A DNA stretch of 64,000 nucleotides from Amoebidium appalachense. Lineage: Eukaryota; Protista; Ichthyosporea. A model generated the notes under the pieces. It was not told where the DNA came from and did no database searches. It was given only the letters and a program-made list of their open reading frames with translations. Positions 11,893 to 30,501 of the stretch are shown here, piece after piece. Location of the stretch: assembly GCA_963693365.1 (NCBI GenBank), contig CAVNZM010000014.1, positions 2,232,001-2,296,000 of the forward strand, written 5' to 3'. Made by a program: the position numbers and the translations under genes. Numbering within the stretch: the stretch's first letter is position 1; the number at the start of each line of letters is the position of its first letter.

Positions 11893-12988
11893 CTAACAAT
11901 AGCAGACAAGGCACGGACGCCTGCACAGGGCCAGTTCCAAGGAGCTGTTCGTCAGACTTGTGCTTGTGTTTGTGATGCTGCTAGGGGATATGGTAGTTAT
12001 GGAACCGTAGGTGCCGGGGGAGGCTCCGTTCATAGTTGCAGAGCCTGAAGACTGGAAATCACTCAGGAGTGTGGTTCCAGCGGCCCTTCTATGGCGATAG
12101 GATTCTGCGGATGGATTGTGTGTTAGTTATTAAGTTAAGTATTTTAGATATAAATTATTAAGGTTGTAGAGAAAATATTTAGCATTGGTTGGCATGGCAA
12201 CAGCACAGTCATGTCACACAAGTATTCCTTTTGCATTGCCTAGCAAACAGCTCCCAACAGAGGCAAAGGAAAAAGAAAAGATGAGTAAGGAAAGAAAAAG
12301 AAGATACCGAAGAAAATAAAACCGGGGGCAAAAAAAAAGGAGAAGAAGAAGGAAAAAAAAACTCACCAGATGCGCTCCAGAGCAGAACATCAGTTCCGTT
12401 GACGTGTTTGAGAGTGATCGACTCGTCGTCCACGATCATAACCTTGTGGCCAGCCGTAGTGTAGAGCAGCACGTTCTCGTTTCGCGTCAGTTCATATCCA
12501 CTGATCCGGAAGGACACCACAACACCATCTGGCATGGTCATCTGAACCTTGTCGAGCCTGTCCAAATCCTGGGGCGGAACAAGTGGCAAGTCTTTAAGCG
12601 TAACACGGTACACGGCGGGATTAGTCGTAACGAGATCGTGGGAGTACTTGTTCACGAGCATGTTCCCATTCAAAACGGTGTCCTTCGTCATAACTAGAAC
12701 GGCATACACCAGTCCCACTGTAGCCACCACCATGAGAATGGAAGTCATTGCGGCGCCTCCGAGAGCCCAACCGAGGCGTCTCTTCTGGTGTTTTGTTTTC
12801 TTAAACGCTTTTGCGGCGATGGTCAGGTCTGAAGAGTCGATGATTCCGTCACCGTTTTCATCAAACGCAGACATCATCTTACGATATTGAACGGGGAAAT
12901 CGGATACGGGGATCTGGAGAACGCGGCTGGGTTTCTCGTCCCAGTCGAGGTCAAGAGCCTCTGAGTCGTTCGACACGGTTTTGGCCAT
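11893..12988 (-). CDS. Uncharacterised EF-hand plus single-TM (type II membrane) protein, 2 exons
   Basis: ATG at 12988 (MAKTVSNDS). EF-hand loop DENGDGIIDSSD, then a basic stretch, then a TM segment (LGWALGGAAMTSILMVVATVGLVYAVLVM). Donor gtgagt after 12367; branch ctaac plus acceptor ccgcag; exon 2 from 12104 (ESYRHRRAAG..FQSSGSATM) to TAG at 11893-11895. The stop would move to 11997 if a G5 run is one base too long. Confidence 0.8.
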
Positions 12989-14065
12989 TCTGCGAAACGT
13001 AGTGTTGTTGTTGGTGTAAGTTCTTAACCTTGCATATGCGACAGATGCAAGTTGGTGCAAGTTTTTAACCTTGCGTATGCGACAGATGCATGAAGAGTTT
13101 TTACAAATTGGTCTAACCGTTAGCAAGCGCTAGCCCTTACAACGTTGAATGCACAACAACTGCCCCCTACACAGAACTACTCTTGTCGACTTTCTTTATC
13201 ACGATTGTTTCAAGTGTTGTGAGGTAAGGTGAGGGGTTCAGGTTTGGGTTTACGTACTTCGTTTCCTGAAGCTGAATGCGGCTGGCGCTACAACTCATTG
13301 CCGATGATAAGGGCTATCCTTGTATGGTAGGCCGGGCGGGTTGTACTCGGAATCAGAGAAGTCGGCCGGATAGACAAGGTAAATGCGAACTTGCCGAGTC
13401 TGCAGATCATCACACAACAGGCTGGCAAAAAAAAAAAAAAAAAAAAAAGAAAATTTTGTAAAGGATGGAAGATGTGTTTTGCAGGCTTCTTGTAGTTTGT
13501 CGTTTCTTTGTGAAGGTTTAGACCTTTCTCCTAAACCCGATCACCGTAGAAAAAAAATGTCGTTTCTTTGTGAAGGCTTAGACCTTTCTCCTAAACGTTC
13601 CCGATCACCGTAGGAAAAAAACACAAGGGTAGAAAAAGGTTCGCAACACTGACCGCCCGTATACTGTTTGAGTGAAAGCCAAGAAGCACATATCCAATTG
13701 TTGATTGTTGACACAAACTGACACTTAGTGAAAGTGAAGAGTCATGTGCGTTTCGTGTATTGCTTTTGCTTTATTGGCACTCAGTGATCACACACACAGA
13801 GACTCGGCTGGGCGGGGCACGAGAGGCACGCAGAATGACGTCGTAGGATCTAAGTTGGAATGCCAGAAATTCACTATCGCCCAATCAAGCCGCTCCCCTG
13901 TTAAAAAAGTGAGTAAAAGATTTAGAAATGGCGCCTAATGATTGGGCAACACATTCCAATGGCCTGAACAATTCACTGGTACGCGTTTTCGCAAAATAAA
14001 CGATCTAGTGGGTTCCCCACCGCGATCTGGGCCCAGACTCGGTCGAATCCATTTGGGCAGCCTGG

Positions 14066-14385
14066 ATTTCGGAAGCCGCATTATGGCCATCTTTTTTCCT
14101 TGATTAAATCATCCCCGAGGATAGGCCCACATGCCAAGAAGGGAACGTGCACACGTGACTCCAAGTTGCAACTTCATCACGAAGCTGCGCTCGTGCCCTA
14201 CTAATGCGTGTGCACACTGTGTGCACGTGTGTCAAGGATTTCGGAAGCCGCGTTGTGGCCATCTTTTTTCCTTGATTAAAACATCCTAGAAAGGAACGTG
14301 CACATGTGACTCCAAGTTGCAACTTCATCACGAAGCTGGGCTCGTACCCTACTAATGTGTGTGCACACTGTGTGCACGTGTGTCA
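14066..14385. repeat. Tandem duplication of a ~170-bp unit
   Basis: ggatttcggaagccgc..tggccatcttttttccttgattaaa..gaacgtgcac..gactcc..aagttgcaacttcatcacgaagctg..ctactaatg occurs twice. Confidence 0.9.
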
Positions 14386-14409
14386 GACTCTCTCTCTGTG
14401 TGTGTGTAC

Positions 14410-14541
<132 letters not shown>

Positions 14542-17464
14542 TGCGTGCGTATGTGCGTGCGTGCGTGCGTGTGTTTCTCTTCTTTCTCGGGCTCGCTCCC
14601 GGTGGCTAGCGCTTGCTGTAGGTAGGTACCCTACAATAGTTAAGTCACCTTAATACTCAAGTCGAAACTTAAACTCGGAACAAGTCACCGGGCCGGCCCC
14701 TCTCACCAACTATATTATAATAAGCAAAGTCGGCATAACTTGACTTAGTTGAAGTCAGGGTTATCGTGAATTCACTGGCAGTTCGCAACTTCACGACTCT
14801 GCGCTCGCCGCCGCGGGGCTCGCATCATCTCGTCAACTAGCCACAACCGAAAAATTAGTAAACTTTTAAACTGACTTGCGGATTCAATCAAATGGCTTGA
14901 AATGTTAAATGGGATTGCGGATCCAATCGATTCATATGATTTAGGAAAATCCGATTCCCGCTTGCATCCAATCAATCGATCAACGGCGCTGAGCCGGGTC
15001 CACCTGATTCGTTTGAGCCAGAGTAATACAAGCATATTTATCTTGAAGCGTCGACGGCATCGCAGTCAGAATGAAGACAAAAAACATTGAATAACCAAAT
15101 CATATCATATTATCTTTAATAAAAATCTTTTTATGTAATATATTTTCTTATATTTGGCTGTTGTTTGTTCAATAAATGCACATTATATAGCATAAAAAAG
15201 GTGCCGCTTGTGCACGCCATGATTTTACGCTGAAACCGATTTCTGTTGCCCTACTCTCAAAAAACGGCTTGATCGGATTGACGGAAATGGAAGGAGATCG
15301 GAATGCAGCCGGACCCATGGACCCGGTCCCGGCGTTGTGACTATTTGGCCCTATCTTTGACGATGGTACAGCTTGCCCAGCGCATGTTCGATACGATCCT
15401 GGGTTTGATTGGACCAAAAGCTGTGATGGAGTGCCGCACTACAGTATGTGCAACGTGATTGGATCGCGCTACCACCTGCATACCCTGATTGGTTAGTGGA
15501 TCTTTTTGAAAACAGCTTAGTCCTTCCCCGGACCTTATCCCTATCTCCGAAGGCCCAAACTTTCGGTCACGTGACCGTACCTTATTTGACCGAGACGTTT
15601 GGGAATCAACTGGCTGCTTACCAAATACTACGGGGATATTTTAGTACATTGATAGAAAAAATTAGGTGCTTCTACATTATCACTTGAAAAGTAACGGATA
15701 AGAGACGAGTTTTATATATAAAATTCAAAATCCAAGTCTGGCAGTCTTTCTTTCTATCATATCCGCGGACACCAAGCTCGTTGCCGATTGGCTAAGTTAT
15801 TCTATCAGGTTGCATTCATATCGGATTCCAAAGTCTCATACCTTTGTGATCTTGAACCCGGTCCCAAAGGTGACTCATGGTCACTCGCGAACCGATTATC
15901 CAGAAGAAGAGGAAGAGAAAGTGCAATTACCGTAATTACGTATTGCTAATGTGTATATTGGTGATTTAATCCCACATAGGCCAAGCAAAAGTGTCAGCGC
16001 ATGCCTTCGAAGTATGCAGTGAATGTGACAGATGGTGATTTTTTGCAAGCAAAGTGACACATCATGCACCGCTTTATTTGAGGCTTGAATTGGCTCGTGA
16101 TCGTGACGTATACATCCTGGACATATGGAACGCAAGTACATGTGTTCAAACTGAAAAGAAAAATAAGAAAAATATGCATAGCTTTCCCTTTAGGATCTTT
16201 ATAAACCGAAATGCAGAAAGCCTTCGTTCTTTACTGTACACTAAAGTCTTTCAGTGTACAATGCATGTGTCAACATCTGCATAATGAAATCATCATCTGA
16301 TACACCAATGGGTTCTTATGCGTGGTCCCTGAGTCAACATCAACACCGTGGAATATACGTACGTGATCCCTGCTTCCGCCGATTCCAGAGGCGCGCCGCG
16401 CCCGCTGCCTGCACATATGGTGGTGATATCAAATGTAATACACTCAGTGACAGACTCAGTGACTATGTACGCATACATATTCCTGCGTTTTTATTAACGA
16501 TAGCATCACAATTGAGAAGAAAGCAATGGTTTTTGTTACTAGTTAGGGCCTGATGATTTTTTTGTAGCTACTCGGCCGCAGTTGTACGCGATCGCGAATC
16601 AAGATCCGTTCTCTCTGAAAATGACCGTGGTAGATCACCTTATTAATGCTGCACAGTATGATATTGTGATACGGTTTCTTAACTTTCTCTCGGAGCTACC
16701 AAGGTTAGCTTCTGCTTATCCACAATCTATACTAGGGTTGTTTTATTGCATACAGTGTACATGTCACTAGCTGCATTGATTGGCTGCGCTGGAAAACGCA
16801 GTAGGCCGTCAAGTGAGGCTGGGCCCCTGACGATGTCCGCAGCAATACAAAGTGCATAAACCCCAATCAAGATTGAAATCATTGTAATGATAAGGTCACA
16901 GCTGATCTTGAGATATCAGCATGGCACACTGTGGTGTAACATACATATTAGGCTACTCTCTCTTACTAAACATCACAAATCAATTTATTTTGTCAAACGG
17001 GGCAAAAAGAGTCTTCACTCTAAGTCTGGCAGGGAAGGGAAGAATGCCCAAACCCACGGATACTACTTCAATAATCATGATCACACCACCAGTATGTACC
17101 CCGAAAGATTGACATGAGCGCACAGGCGGCCGAAAGCAAGAAATGTTTTCACGCTCCTGTGACGTCTTTGGGAACAGTCACGAACATCGCTGAGAATAGT
17201 GAAGGAATGGCTGGTATGCGGAGTCTGTATACGTAGGGGCTCCCTATCATAAAAACGATTTCTTTGAATTTCTTTATATGGGCAATCCGATCGAACCGTA
17301 TGTGTCAGGCTGCAACGTCAGCCAGTGTACACAATTTTCCTGCACGTGCTGTGTTATTGTACTGATTGAGCCCTATAGCTAGGCCTCTATGTCTACTGTC
17401 TAGCGGATGGCATCATCCAATATTGGCAAGGATTATAGGGCCTCTCAGACACACTCCTCCTAAT

Positions 17465-17497
<33 letters not shown>

Positions 17498-17726
17498 CCC
17501 ACCACCCACCCACCCACGTGCACCCACCACCACCACCACACACGCACACACACACGCCTTTTGGATTCGGTTGTGAAAGGGGTTTTACGTTGCAGGTTTA
17601 TAAAGTGTTTACTTGAGGCAAAAATGCTTGGCTGCAGTCTGCAAGGAGCTGTGACTTACTAAGTTGCAAGGGCGGCCCCGGAGGGTCGGGGGACTGGGAG
17701 GGGGGGAGGCAGACTCTGAGAGGAAA

Positions 17727-17771
<45 letters not shown>

Positions 17772-18352
17772 GACACGTGAAGGCACAAGGTGGGCGGGGG
17801 GGGGGGGGGGGGGGATCGGGGTTGAGAGAGAGAGAAAGAGAGAGTCTCGGAGATAGAGAGAGAGGAGGGGATAGTGTGAGAGAGGGAGGGACTCGAGGGA
17901 GGGGGTGGAGAGGGAGACAGAGAGAGAGAGTGTGTGTATGAGATGGGGGAGTAGAGGGTGGGGTGGTGCCGGGGGGGGGGGGGGGAGAGAGAGAGGGAGA
18001 GGGAGAGAGAGAGAGAGAGCGATAGACATTGAGAGAGCCCCTGTGTGCGGTTGTGTGTTGTTCACAGTGTGTTTTTGTCAAGTTCACCGTTTACGAGTTT
18101 ATCGCTTTGCATGGGTACAAGCCCCAGTCTCAGAGGCCATTCCCTCGCGTGAAAGTTAGACAAGTCGTTAATAATATGTGGTTCGTATTCAATAGACTTT
18201 GTGCAGCAAACACAAATATATTATAACTGGGAAAAAAATTAACGGCCCCTTACCGTCACTGACTATTACACTGACTGCCAACAAAGTTTACATAAAAGAT
18301 GGTTACCGTGGAGGGTGGAGTGATAGAGCTCCCTCAAAGGGGACCCTCAGAG

Positions 18353-18385
<33 letters not shown>

Positions 18386-18444
18386 AATGGAGGGTGTCCT
18401 CTAACCAGGCAGAAACAAACAGAAACCGACTAGCAAGGGTGACT

Positions 18445-18479
<35 letters not shown>

Positions 18480-18649
18480 GGGGGGGGGCACGGGAGGGGA
18501 TAGGGCGAGTCACGGGCTGAGAGAGAGGGGAAGGGAAGTGGGGGGCCCGTGAGGGGGTGGGGTGTGTGTTTGTGGTGGTGGTGGTGGTGGTGGGGGGGGG
18601 GGGGGGGGGGGGGGAGGGGGGGGGGGGGGGGGCTAGATCTATACTCATA

Positions 18650-18980
18650 CTACGAGGCAGGCATATCGGCTAGAAGCTTTCTAATCCTCTCAAGTACGGT
18701 CGGATTTGATGAACGGCATGATGCGGGGACATAAGGTGGAGCAATAACTAATACCCCGTTCATTATCACTATGTCAGTGTGGTTGTGGGATGATACACTT
18801 GCTGGAAGCTGGTGTTGTTGGAGGTGTTGAAGGACATGGTGTTTGCGTTGCTCGCGCGATGTCTCCGTCTGTGTGTGTGTGTGTGGTGGTGGTGGTAGTG
18901 GTGGTGGGGGGGGGGGAGAGAGAGAGAGGGGGGAGGGGGGGGGAGGGAGTGTGAGTATGTGTAAGCGTGTGTCTGTTGTG

Positions 18981-19011
<31 letters not shown>

Positions 19012-19108
19012 TATGTGTGTGTGTGTGTGGTGTGTATGTGTGTATGTGTGTGTGGGTGTGTGTGTGGTGTGTATGTGTGTATGTATGTGTGTGTGTGTGT
19101 GGCGCGCG

Positions 19109-19152
<44 letters not shown>

Positions 19153-19207
19153 GTGTGTGTGCATGGGGGCCGGGGGGCGGGGGCGAGTGTGAGTGTGTGT
19201 GAGTGTG

Positions 19208-19263
<56 letters not shown>

Positions 19264-19367
19264 TGAGGGAGGGAAAGGGGAGAGAGAGAGAGGAAGAGGG
19301 AGAGGGCGAGAGAGAGAGAGAGAGAGAGTGTGTGTGTGTAGGTGTGTGCACGGGTGCATGTGTGTGG

Positions 19368-19398
<31 letters not shown>

Positions 19399-20200
19399 CG
19401 CAGTAGCAAGGAGAAGCAGTCCACCTTTGATGTGTGTGTGTGTGTGTATGTACGTGTTTTCTCTGAGTGTGTGGGTTGTGTGGGGTTTTTTTTTTTGTGT
19501 GTGTGTGTGTGTGTGTGTGTTTGTGTGTTTGTGTGTGTGTGTGTACGTGCACCCACATGCCAGCATGTGTGCCGTGCGTGTGGGTGGATGGATGGTAACT
19601 GAGCGTCTCTTCACATGCGCACGTGTGGGATATAAAGAGAAATACAGGTGCTGTATTGTGGCATTCGAATGATTCCTAATTCCTCCGTCTTTCAATCTGA
19701 CCGTCCCTCCTCCTCCCCCCTCCCCCCCCCATCCCCTCCCTCTCCACCCACCCATCCAACCACCGTAACACACCCATCTCTAAGCTCTGCCTATCGTTAC
19801 GAAAGCTTTCTGGGGGATGGGGGGGTGGAGGAGAAGGAGGGGATGAGGATCTCTTCCTATCTCTGTTTCCCTTTGCTCCTTTCCACTCGACCTGAACCTC
19901 CCCCCCCCTCCCCACACCCCTTACCGCTGCAACCAATCCAAGCACTTGTACGACGACACAACAAAAGTAGAAACCTCTAGACAACACACACAAAGATCCT
20001 CCCCCCCCTCCCCCCCCTCCCCAAACACACACACACACACACACACATGCACACGCTTTCCTTTCCCCTCCAGTCCCCCGGGAAAAATCACAGAGGAAGG
20101 GAGGGGGCAGTGGGGATAGGGGGGAGGGGAGAAGGGCGCGGAGAGACTGTCAACTTGAGTGTATAATGACCACATAAGTGCACAGACAAATATGTGTGTT

Positions 20201-20292
<92 letters not shown>

Positions 20293-20617
20293 TGTATGTG
20301 TGTGTGTGTGTGTGCTTTCCAATTTCTTTCTTTCTTTCTTTCTTTCTTTTTTTTCTTTTTTTTTCTTTGGGGGGGGAGGGGGGGGGAGGGGGGGAGGGGG
20401 GGGGGGGGGGGGGGGGGGGCGGGAGGGGGAGGTGCACCAAAACGGCACCCGGTTTTCGAATCAATTCTTCTAAAAGGCAGTTGGGGCCACGTAAGTCGAT
20501 GGGGCACGGTGAGTCACAATGGGTGATGTAGGCACTCAGGAGGGAGGGACCTGTAACCCAGACCACGTGGGGACACTGTGTGTGTTTGTGTGTGTGTGTG
20601 TACGTGTGTACGTGTGT

Positions 20618-20701
<84 letters not shown>

Positions 20702-21100
20702 GAATTGCCATTTCATAGTATTTGTTTATATTTACCTACATGTTCTGGTACTTAATTTTTATCCTGTAATATTTTTCTTTCTTTCCTTTTTTTTTTTTTC
20801 CCCCCTAGAGGGCACGGTGAGTCAGACTGGATGATGTAGGCACTAAGGATGGAGGGACCTGGAACCCAGACCACGTGGGGATACTGTGTGTGTGTGTGTG
20901 TACGTGTACGTGTGTGTTTGTGTGTGTGTGTGTGTTAATTACCAATTATTTGTTCATAACTACTTTCATGTTCTAGTATTTAATTTTTATTCTCTATTCT
21001 ATTTTTTATTTCCTTTTTTTTTTTTTTTTTTTTTGCATGGTCACACTGGATGGTGTAGGCACTAAGGATGGAGGGACCTGTAACCCAGAGCACGTAGGGA

Positions 21101-21192
<92 letters not shown>

Positions 21193-21237
21193 CGTGTGCG
21201 TGTGTGTGTGTACGTCTTTGTGTGTGTGTGTGTGTGT

Positions 21238-21335
<98 letters not shown>

Positions 21336-21416
21336 ATTGTCATGTATTTGTTATTCTTTACTTTCATGTTCCAGTATTTTTGTATTTTTCTATTATTTCT
21401 TGTTCTGAAAGTTTTT

Positions 21417-21469
<53 letters not shown>

Positions 21470-21771
21470 GGGTCTGTCAGTGGGTGAGGAGGCCCGACCA
21501 CAAGAACCTTGCGGAGGAAGAATAAGGAGTACGAGAGAGAGCCAGAAAGATGGAAGATACGGAGATGGTTTTCAATAAAGGGTCTCAGAAACATGTTTGT
21601 GCAAGAAGATTTGAGACCGAAGCACTCGAAGTAAGGGTGGAGGGTTCTGAGGCGGCGGCGGCGGGCGTGGGGGGGGGGGGGGGGGGGGGAGGAGGGGGGG
21701 GGGGGGAGGTGGGGGGGGGGAAGAAGAGAGGGTCGTTGAGAAAAAGAGAGAGGGGCGGGGGGGGGGGGGGG

Positions 21772-21816
<45 letters not shown>

Positions 21817-22130
21817 AGCGAGAGCGTGGGGTAGAAATAGAGAGAAGGGAAGGGAGAGAGGTAGAGAGAGAGGGAGGGAGATGAGAGGGCGAGAGTGAGT
21901 ATGGTAGGTAGGGGGGGCCAGGGAGGGAGAGGGAGAGGGAGGGGGTCGAGAGGGAGGGACAGAGACTCTGAGAGAGAGAGAAAGAGAGAGAGAGGGGGGG
22001 GGGGGGGAAGGGGGAAATAGAGAGGGAGAGAGAAACAGGGAGAGAGGGAGGGAAGGAGAGAGAGGGAGAGAGAGGGAGAGAGGGAGGGAGAGGGAGGGAG
22101 GGAGGGAGGGAGAGGGGGGGGGGGGGGGGG

Positions 22131-22206
<76 letters not shown>

Positions 22207-22534
22207 AAGGGAGGGAGGAAAGTTTTGGAGAAAGGCGGGAGGGAGGGAGAGGAGTACGGGAGGGAGAAAGGGGGAAAACGGGGGGGGGGGGGGGGGGGGG
22301 AGGGGGGGAGGTGGGTCACTAACCCACCTGATCTTCTAAGGTTACCAATGCCACACTCTTCGTCTCGGGATCCACCGTATAGCACCAACCCTCACAAGTT
22401 ACCTTGTTCACTAACTGGAGCCTTAACCTCTTTCCTAGTAGCTCTACTAATTTAGCCCCTGAACAATCTGTTATTATAGGTAAAACATCAGTTTCTGAAC
22501 CGACCACTAAAAAGGCCTGGGCTGGAATATCCAT
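18650..22534 (-). CDS. GEMIN6: Gem-associated protein 6 (SMN complex, Sm-like fold)
   Basis: Exon 22534-22328 reads ..[30 protein letters not shown] (cf. GWVxTxDPVSxxIVL). The middle exon starts at 20575 ([15 protein letters not shown]..) and its donor is uncertain. The last exon 18868-18650 reads [47 protein letters not shown], matching the Gemin6 C-terminal motif. Confidence 0.85.
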
Positions 22535-22990
22535 GTTGTGTCGATCAAAAGCTGCCTCCCAACCGAAAAACGCAGAAAGGTGCTTGGATCCATAAATAGA
22601 TGGTTCGTTTTAGCCCCTAACCTACACTGGGAGGTTGAAAGCACGTTCAGAAGGGTTATTTCACCAAAATTCTCTGATGCAAAAAAGTGATCCACAAGCT
22701 CATGTATCAACGAAGGAAGACTTGGGTGACAGTCGGCATTGGTTGATCACGAACACAGGAAATCGTGATGTGGTCTGGTTTTCTTTTGTTTCAGAAAAGC
22801 ACTAGCTTTAGTCAAGAATACACAGAGACGGTTACATTTCCTCTCTCCCTCTCCATAAATCCAGCCTCTCTAGTCTCAGCTGGCGAAAGAAGGGCAAAGG
22901 CACTACATACATACTCACACGTACAGTGACTTCTGTACAATAGTCTAAAGCGCGCTTCTACACAGAGGCACAGAAAGTGACGTCATTTTA
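22535..22990. promoter_or_regulatory. Probable bidirectional promoter between divergent Gemin6 and the esterase gene
   Basis: Head-to-head genes ~460 bp apart with a microsatellite-free spacer. A perfect CRE palindrome TGACGTCA lies at 22978-22985. Confidence 0.45.
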
Positions 22991-22991
22991 C

Positions 22992-27668
<4,677 letters not shown>

Positions 27669-28036
27669 GTGGTGTCGGAGAGGGTGGGTGAGGGGGCGGT
27701 TGGGGGCGTTTTTTTTTTTTTTTGCGGGGCAGGGGTTGGGGTGGGGGGAAGGGGGGGGGGGAGGGAGGAGGATATTCTTTGTGGCCGGGGTTCCCCCCCC
27801 TCCGCCCCCCTCCCCCTCTTTCTTTTGCTGGTTTGGTATGTGGTCCATTTGCTTTTCTCTATTGCTGTAACACGAGTGTAATCCGGTGCTTTTTTTTTTT
27901 GTTTGTATGTTCTACTCGTCTCTCTCTCTTCCTCCGCCCCCCACCCCCTCTCTCCCTCTCTCTCTCCCTCCCTCCCCCCCCCCCCCCCTCCCCCTCCCTC
28001 CCCTCCCTCTCTCTCTCTGTCTCTCTCTGTCTCTCT

Positions 28037-28156
<120 letters not shown>

Positions 28157-28706
28157 ACGCTCATGCCCGTGCGTGTGTGCGTGTGTGCGTGCGTTTGTGT
28201 GCGTGCCCTGGGGGGAGGGGCAGGGCGGTAGGGGGGGGGGGGGGGGGGGGGGTAGGGGTAATGCTTGATGATGTCATAATGATGTTACGTTTAATCGAAT
28301 GGTTATGTATGTTGTTTGGAATCGTAACGTGGTTAATTCATCTGCTTTGTACATACAAGTGACACAGCTGGTCTGTGCACCCAGTTGCTTTTAGTGCACG
28401 AATGGTGTCCCGATTTTAAAAGTTAACTACCAATAGCGGCCCGTATTTTTGTATTCGATTTTTAAGTATTCCACTTGGGCCATATTGCACGCGCCATACG
28501 TCAGTACTCAAGTAAGCCCAGGGGATGATGAATGGAAGGGCTGAAGGGAAGAGGAGATTCTTTATTTTTAATTTTTTTTGCTTTTCCTGCGGCCTGAGGC
28601 CTCACTGGATGATCCAGATGATCCCCCCCCCCCCCCCCCCCCCCTCCTCCCTATAACACACCCACCCCCCTCTCCCCCACCCTACACACACACACTGCGG
28701 ACCCCC

Positions 28707-28742
<36 letters not shown>

Positions 28743-29840
28743 CGCTCTCTCTCCCCCTCTCTCCCTCCCTCTCTCTCACTCTCTCTCGGGCTCGCTCCCG
28801 GTGGCTCGCTGTAGTTAGGGAAAATGCAAAACATGTCATCCATCTGTGTGCATGCGTGTGTGTGTGTGTGTGTGTGGATGCGCATAGATGTCTGTGGCAC
28901 GCACCGTTTGTCACTGCAGATTCATTTGTGTATCATGCGTGCGTGTTTGTGAGTGCATGTGTGCCTGTTTGCTTGTGTCATGCTGATTGTGTGTGGCAGC
29001 ACCGGTAACGGAACCCCTCCACCCCCCCCCCCCCCCCCCCCCCCCCTCCCCCCCCCCCTCCCCCGCCCACACAAACACACACACACACACACCACTCACC
29101 CTCCCACCGTGACCCTATCGGGTTGCAACACGCACACACTGAAGGAGCAACACCGACACACACTGTAAGGAGCAGAGTGCAACCCACAACACATTAAAAG
29201 ACACATACTATCACCAACCACCACCACCACCGGCACTTCATGCCATGGAATGCCAAATGCACCCCACCACCCTCGTTCAACCCCCCGAGCAACAACAACA
29301 CCTTTTAGACCCCCCCCCCCCCCCCCCCCCCCCAACAAATAAGAATCAACACACACGGACGACAACCGTAGAATAGGCCCCCCCCCCCCCCCCCCCCCCT
29401 CCCCCCCCCCCCCCCCTCCCCCCCCCCAAAAAAGAAAAATTGTTTACGAGAATATCTACTACAAAGTTGTTCTGCAATGTCTGTTTGACGGGCTACTCAT
29501 CAGTACACAGTGGTTCAGCACAAAAGTAGGTATAGAGGGTTCGTGAGGCTCGTGTCCACCCCAAGGCAGCTGTATACAGCAGTGCTAAAGGGAACTACAA
29601 TATAAAGATTTGTGAACAAAAAAAAAAATGAAAAAAAAAATCCGTGTGTGTGTATGTACATTCAAGTGTGCTTAATTGGGCATGTGCGTGGGCGTGGGCG
29701 TGCGAGCCCGATTACGTATACGTGCGTGTTTGGGTGTGTGAGCCACGGCACGCAAGTTAACACCGTGACACGGGTGTCTCAATGATCCGGACGGACTACT
29801 ATTTTACATGCGGATAGCTCAAGTGTGTGAGCGTGCGGCC

Positions 29841-29922
<82 letters not shown>

Positions 29923-29955
29923 CGCATGTGTGTGTGTGTGTGCCACGGTGTGTGT

Positions 29956-30100
<145 letters not shown>

Positions 30101-30444
30101 CACTGTGCGGTATATCACTAGTATACCTAAATTCAAAATATTACGGTCATATCATTGAAATCGATTAACTTTGCGGACTTTGCACTGTATGCATGATCAT
30201 TTGAAATAAGACGAAGTTAACAACCATCAATTGAGCCATGATTAATACCACAACACGGGTGGCCCCTTGCCGAGGTGTTTGTGCTGACGTAATGCCTGGC
30301 CAATATACAGTGTATTACCCAGTACGACCCATCTAACTCACAGAATACAAGAAGAAGACCCCTTGACCTAGCAAGTGCTCGTGTGCTACTATATATGTAA
30401 AAATTGGAGCTTGGCTGACCGGAAATGGTGTTGCAGCCTCCCCA

Positions 30445-30501
<57 letters not shown>

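Noticed and set aside
11697-11985. Duplicated ~90-bp segment with CTGACGA on the minus strand as a hammerhead or SECIS
   Set aside because: No GAAA core or suitable stems, and no linked Sec codon; best explained as a local duplication.
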